From: a virus
Taxonomy: Duplodnaviria; Caudoviricetes
DNA: 64,000 bases
IMG/VR virus record: IMGVR_UViG_3300043812_000016
Span: 32,001-96,000 of that record
Direction: 5' to 3' (one strand)
Shown piece after piece: positions 62,164-64,000 of the stretch; the first letter of the stretch is position 1, and the number at the start of each line of letters is the position of its first letter. Made by a program: the position numbers and the translations under genes. The notes under the pieces are model-generated. The model was not told the origin of the DNA. It ran no database searches and saw only the letters and a program-made list of their open reading frames with translations.

Positions 62164-62273
62164 TGGGGTGTCTATTAAATTAGACACCTTTTTGTTTTGT
62201 TCTATATTAATTATTGACCACTAAGATATATCTTAAAATTTTACTTTTCTAATTAGAAAGGAGTTGTCGATAA

Positions 62274-62955
62274 TTGGCAACTGTAGCAGGACAAACGGTA
62301 AACACGGGTAACCGAATTTATATTATGTGTAAGAACCATTTAATTGCACGTGCTCAAAGTTTGACAGCTAATAGAAGTTACGGTACCGAAGGGGTATACG
62401 AAATCGGATCCATTAACTAGCATAGTGGTGGTTAACAGTAATGTTAATTGAAAAATTCTACTAAACGGGTAAAGCTGAATAACTGAATTGAATAGGCTAG
62501 TAAGAAAGGCTACGTCCAGAGGTGGATAGAGCTAACCAACCGTTCTAAAACAAAAGACTAACGATTAAGTCCTTATTAGATTAAGATAAGGTAATGTAGA
62601 ACCTCTTATAGAGAGGAAGATATAATCTAATCTTTTTAGAAATAAGTAGTTAATATAATGTATGCCAAGGGAACACGTATACCTCAAATATACGGGTTCT
62701 CTTACACTAGAAAGATTTCGTATGGTACGAGATAACCTTGCATCTAAACAAATGGATATAGCCCATCTGGGAGAAGACATCTTGCAAGCTGACGTTTTAA
62801 CCATTTCTGTAATGGATAGCGTTACTAAAATGGTAGTCGAAGCGTTTTACGGATGCAGTGCTTCCACCTACAACACCAGTTATAGAGCCAATCAAATCGT
62901 ATCTGAATCTATTGAGTTTCTTTACCTCAGCTCTTCGACTGGCTCACAGTCATAA
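62274..62955 (+). CDS. Tail tube protein in two exons (62274-62413, 62661-62955; 144 aa)
   Basis: QTVNTGN, RAQS, YGTEGVYEIGSI|MPREHVYLKY, GCSA, IEFLYL match the Twort-like tube protein. Confidence 0.92.
62414..62660 (+). mobile_element. Group I intron in tail tube gene (no ORF)
   Basis: IGS GCATA-GTGG pairs with TATGC and CCAT; P7 GATTA/TAATC; terminal G; removal restores the frame. Confidence 0.9.
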
Positions 62956-63125
62956 TTATTATATGGTGTATTGATAACTAAATAAATTAATTTAATAGCG
63001 TATATCATAATCTAATATCTAGGTAACGATATACGCTATTTTATATGCTTTATTTCTTTTGATAAAATATACTCTTGAATGATAAATTAATTGGGGTATA
63101 ATTATATAAGAAAGAAGGAATAGTA

Positions 63126-64000
63126 TTGAAAAAATTAACTTTTGAAGAATTTAATTATAGGGCACAGCGTATGCTAGGATCTAGTTATGTTTTTTACCCT
63201 CCATATAAGGATATGAAAACGCCTATTAAATATAAGCATTTAGTGTGTGGGACTACTGGAACTTTAATTCCTGATAATATTTTTAGAGGTAAAGCTAAAT
63301 GTAAGTATTGTAGTATGAGGAGGAGATCTGGTAGACGTATGATAACAGACGATGAGTTTAGGAAGAGGCTACATAAAGTTCGCCCTAGCGATGATATTAT
63401 TTTACTTGAGCCTATACATGGTATTTTTAAGAAAACCAAGGCAAAATGTCTCGTGTGTGGGTATGGTTCAAAAGGTGAATGGACTCCTCTTCCAGTTAAC
63501 TTATTAAAGGGTAAAGGGTGTCCTAATTGTGCAGGTAATGCTCCTAAAACACCAGATAGTGTAATTAAAGAAGTTAGAGATTTAGGGAATGGTGAGTATG
63601 AATTATTAGGAACTAAGAGAACTAAAAAAGATGGTTTATGGTTACATTTACTCCATAAAGAGTGCGAAAATGATTATTGGGTTCGTGACTATAGTTTCAT
63701 ACATGGTTATCGTTGTAAATTTTGTGCTAACAAAGCAACAGGCGACAGATGTAGGCTATCCTTAGACGAAGTTAAGCAACGAATTACAAGGGTTGCTGAT
63801 GGTCGTTATACATATGTAAGTGGTAATTATAAGAACAACCAAAGCCCTATCTATGTAAGGCACAACGTATGTGGTACTGTGTTTAAAACCACATGGGGGC
63901 AACTTAGTGCTAATAAGGGCTTGTGTCCTAATTGTGGGTCTTCTAATGGTGAACAGGCGATTATGAACTATTTAGTATCACACAGGGTTAGTTACTCTTA
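63126..64000 (+). CDS. Free-standing putative homing endonuclease (truncated by window)
   Basis: Manual translation from TTG: KHLVCG...KCKYC, GCPNC, SNGEQ; same family as the others. Confidence 0.8.
   Translation, partial: MKKLTFEEFNYRAQRMLGSSYVFYPPYKDMKTPIKYKHLVCGTTGTLIPDNIFRGKAKCKYCSMRRRSGRRMITDDEFRKRLHKVRPSDDIILLEPIHGIFKKTKAKCLVCGYGSKGEWTPLPVNLLKGKGCPNCAGNAPKTPDSVIKEVRDLGNGEYELLGTKRTKKDGLWLHLLHKECENDYWVRDYSFIHGYRCKFCANKATGDRCRLSLDEVKQRITRVADGRYTYVSGNYKNNQSPIYVRHNVCGTVFKTTWGQLSANKGLCPNCGSSNGEQAIMNYLVSHRVSYS

Noticed and set aside
1-64000. CRISPR array or integrase
   Set aside because: No repeat-spacer periodicity or recombinase motifs seen; repeats are collagen, LysM, Zn-finger or intron sequences

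Overview
AT-rich 64 kb segment of a large lytic myophage of the Herelleviridae (SPO1/Twort-like) type, most likely infecting a lactobacillus (inferred from the lysin, LysM and tail-fibre sequences). Order: a minus-strand block of small genes ending in a ROOL-like RNA; a large structured ncRNA; RNase H; a host-like LysM gene; a tRNA/ncRNA operon with an HNH gene; GH25 endolysin; collagen tail fibres including a GH66 dextranase; two DNA methyltransferases; a terminase gene split by five group I introns; portal, protease, scaffold and capsid; a Mom-like enzyme; neck, sheath and chaperones; two paralogous tape-measure proteins; tail lysin; a cluster of early hypotheticals; and a displaced tail-tube gene carrying its own group I intron. 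Many single-base frameshifts in essential genes are most likely assembly errors. The best candidate for an undescribed system is a dispersed set of ORF-less promoter-sRNA-terminator units, plus RNA modules in the tRNA operon, whose cores read as antisense copies of translation-initiation regions; three match 5' regions of genes in this window. Also notable are free-standing endonucleases that appear to bring a replacement for the gene part they disrupt (tRNA-Arg, portal C-terminus). All calls are by eye; no searches were run.
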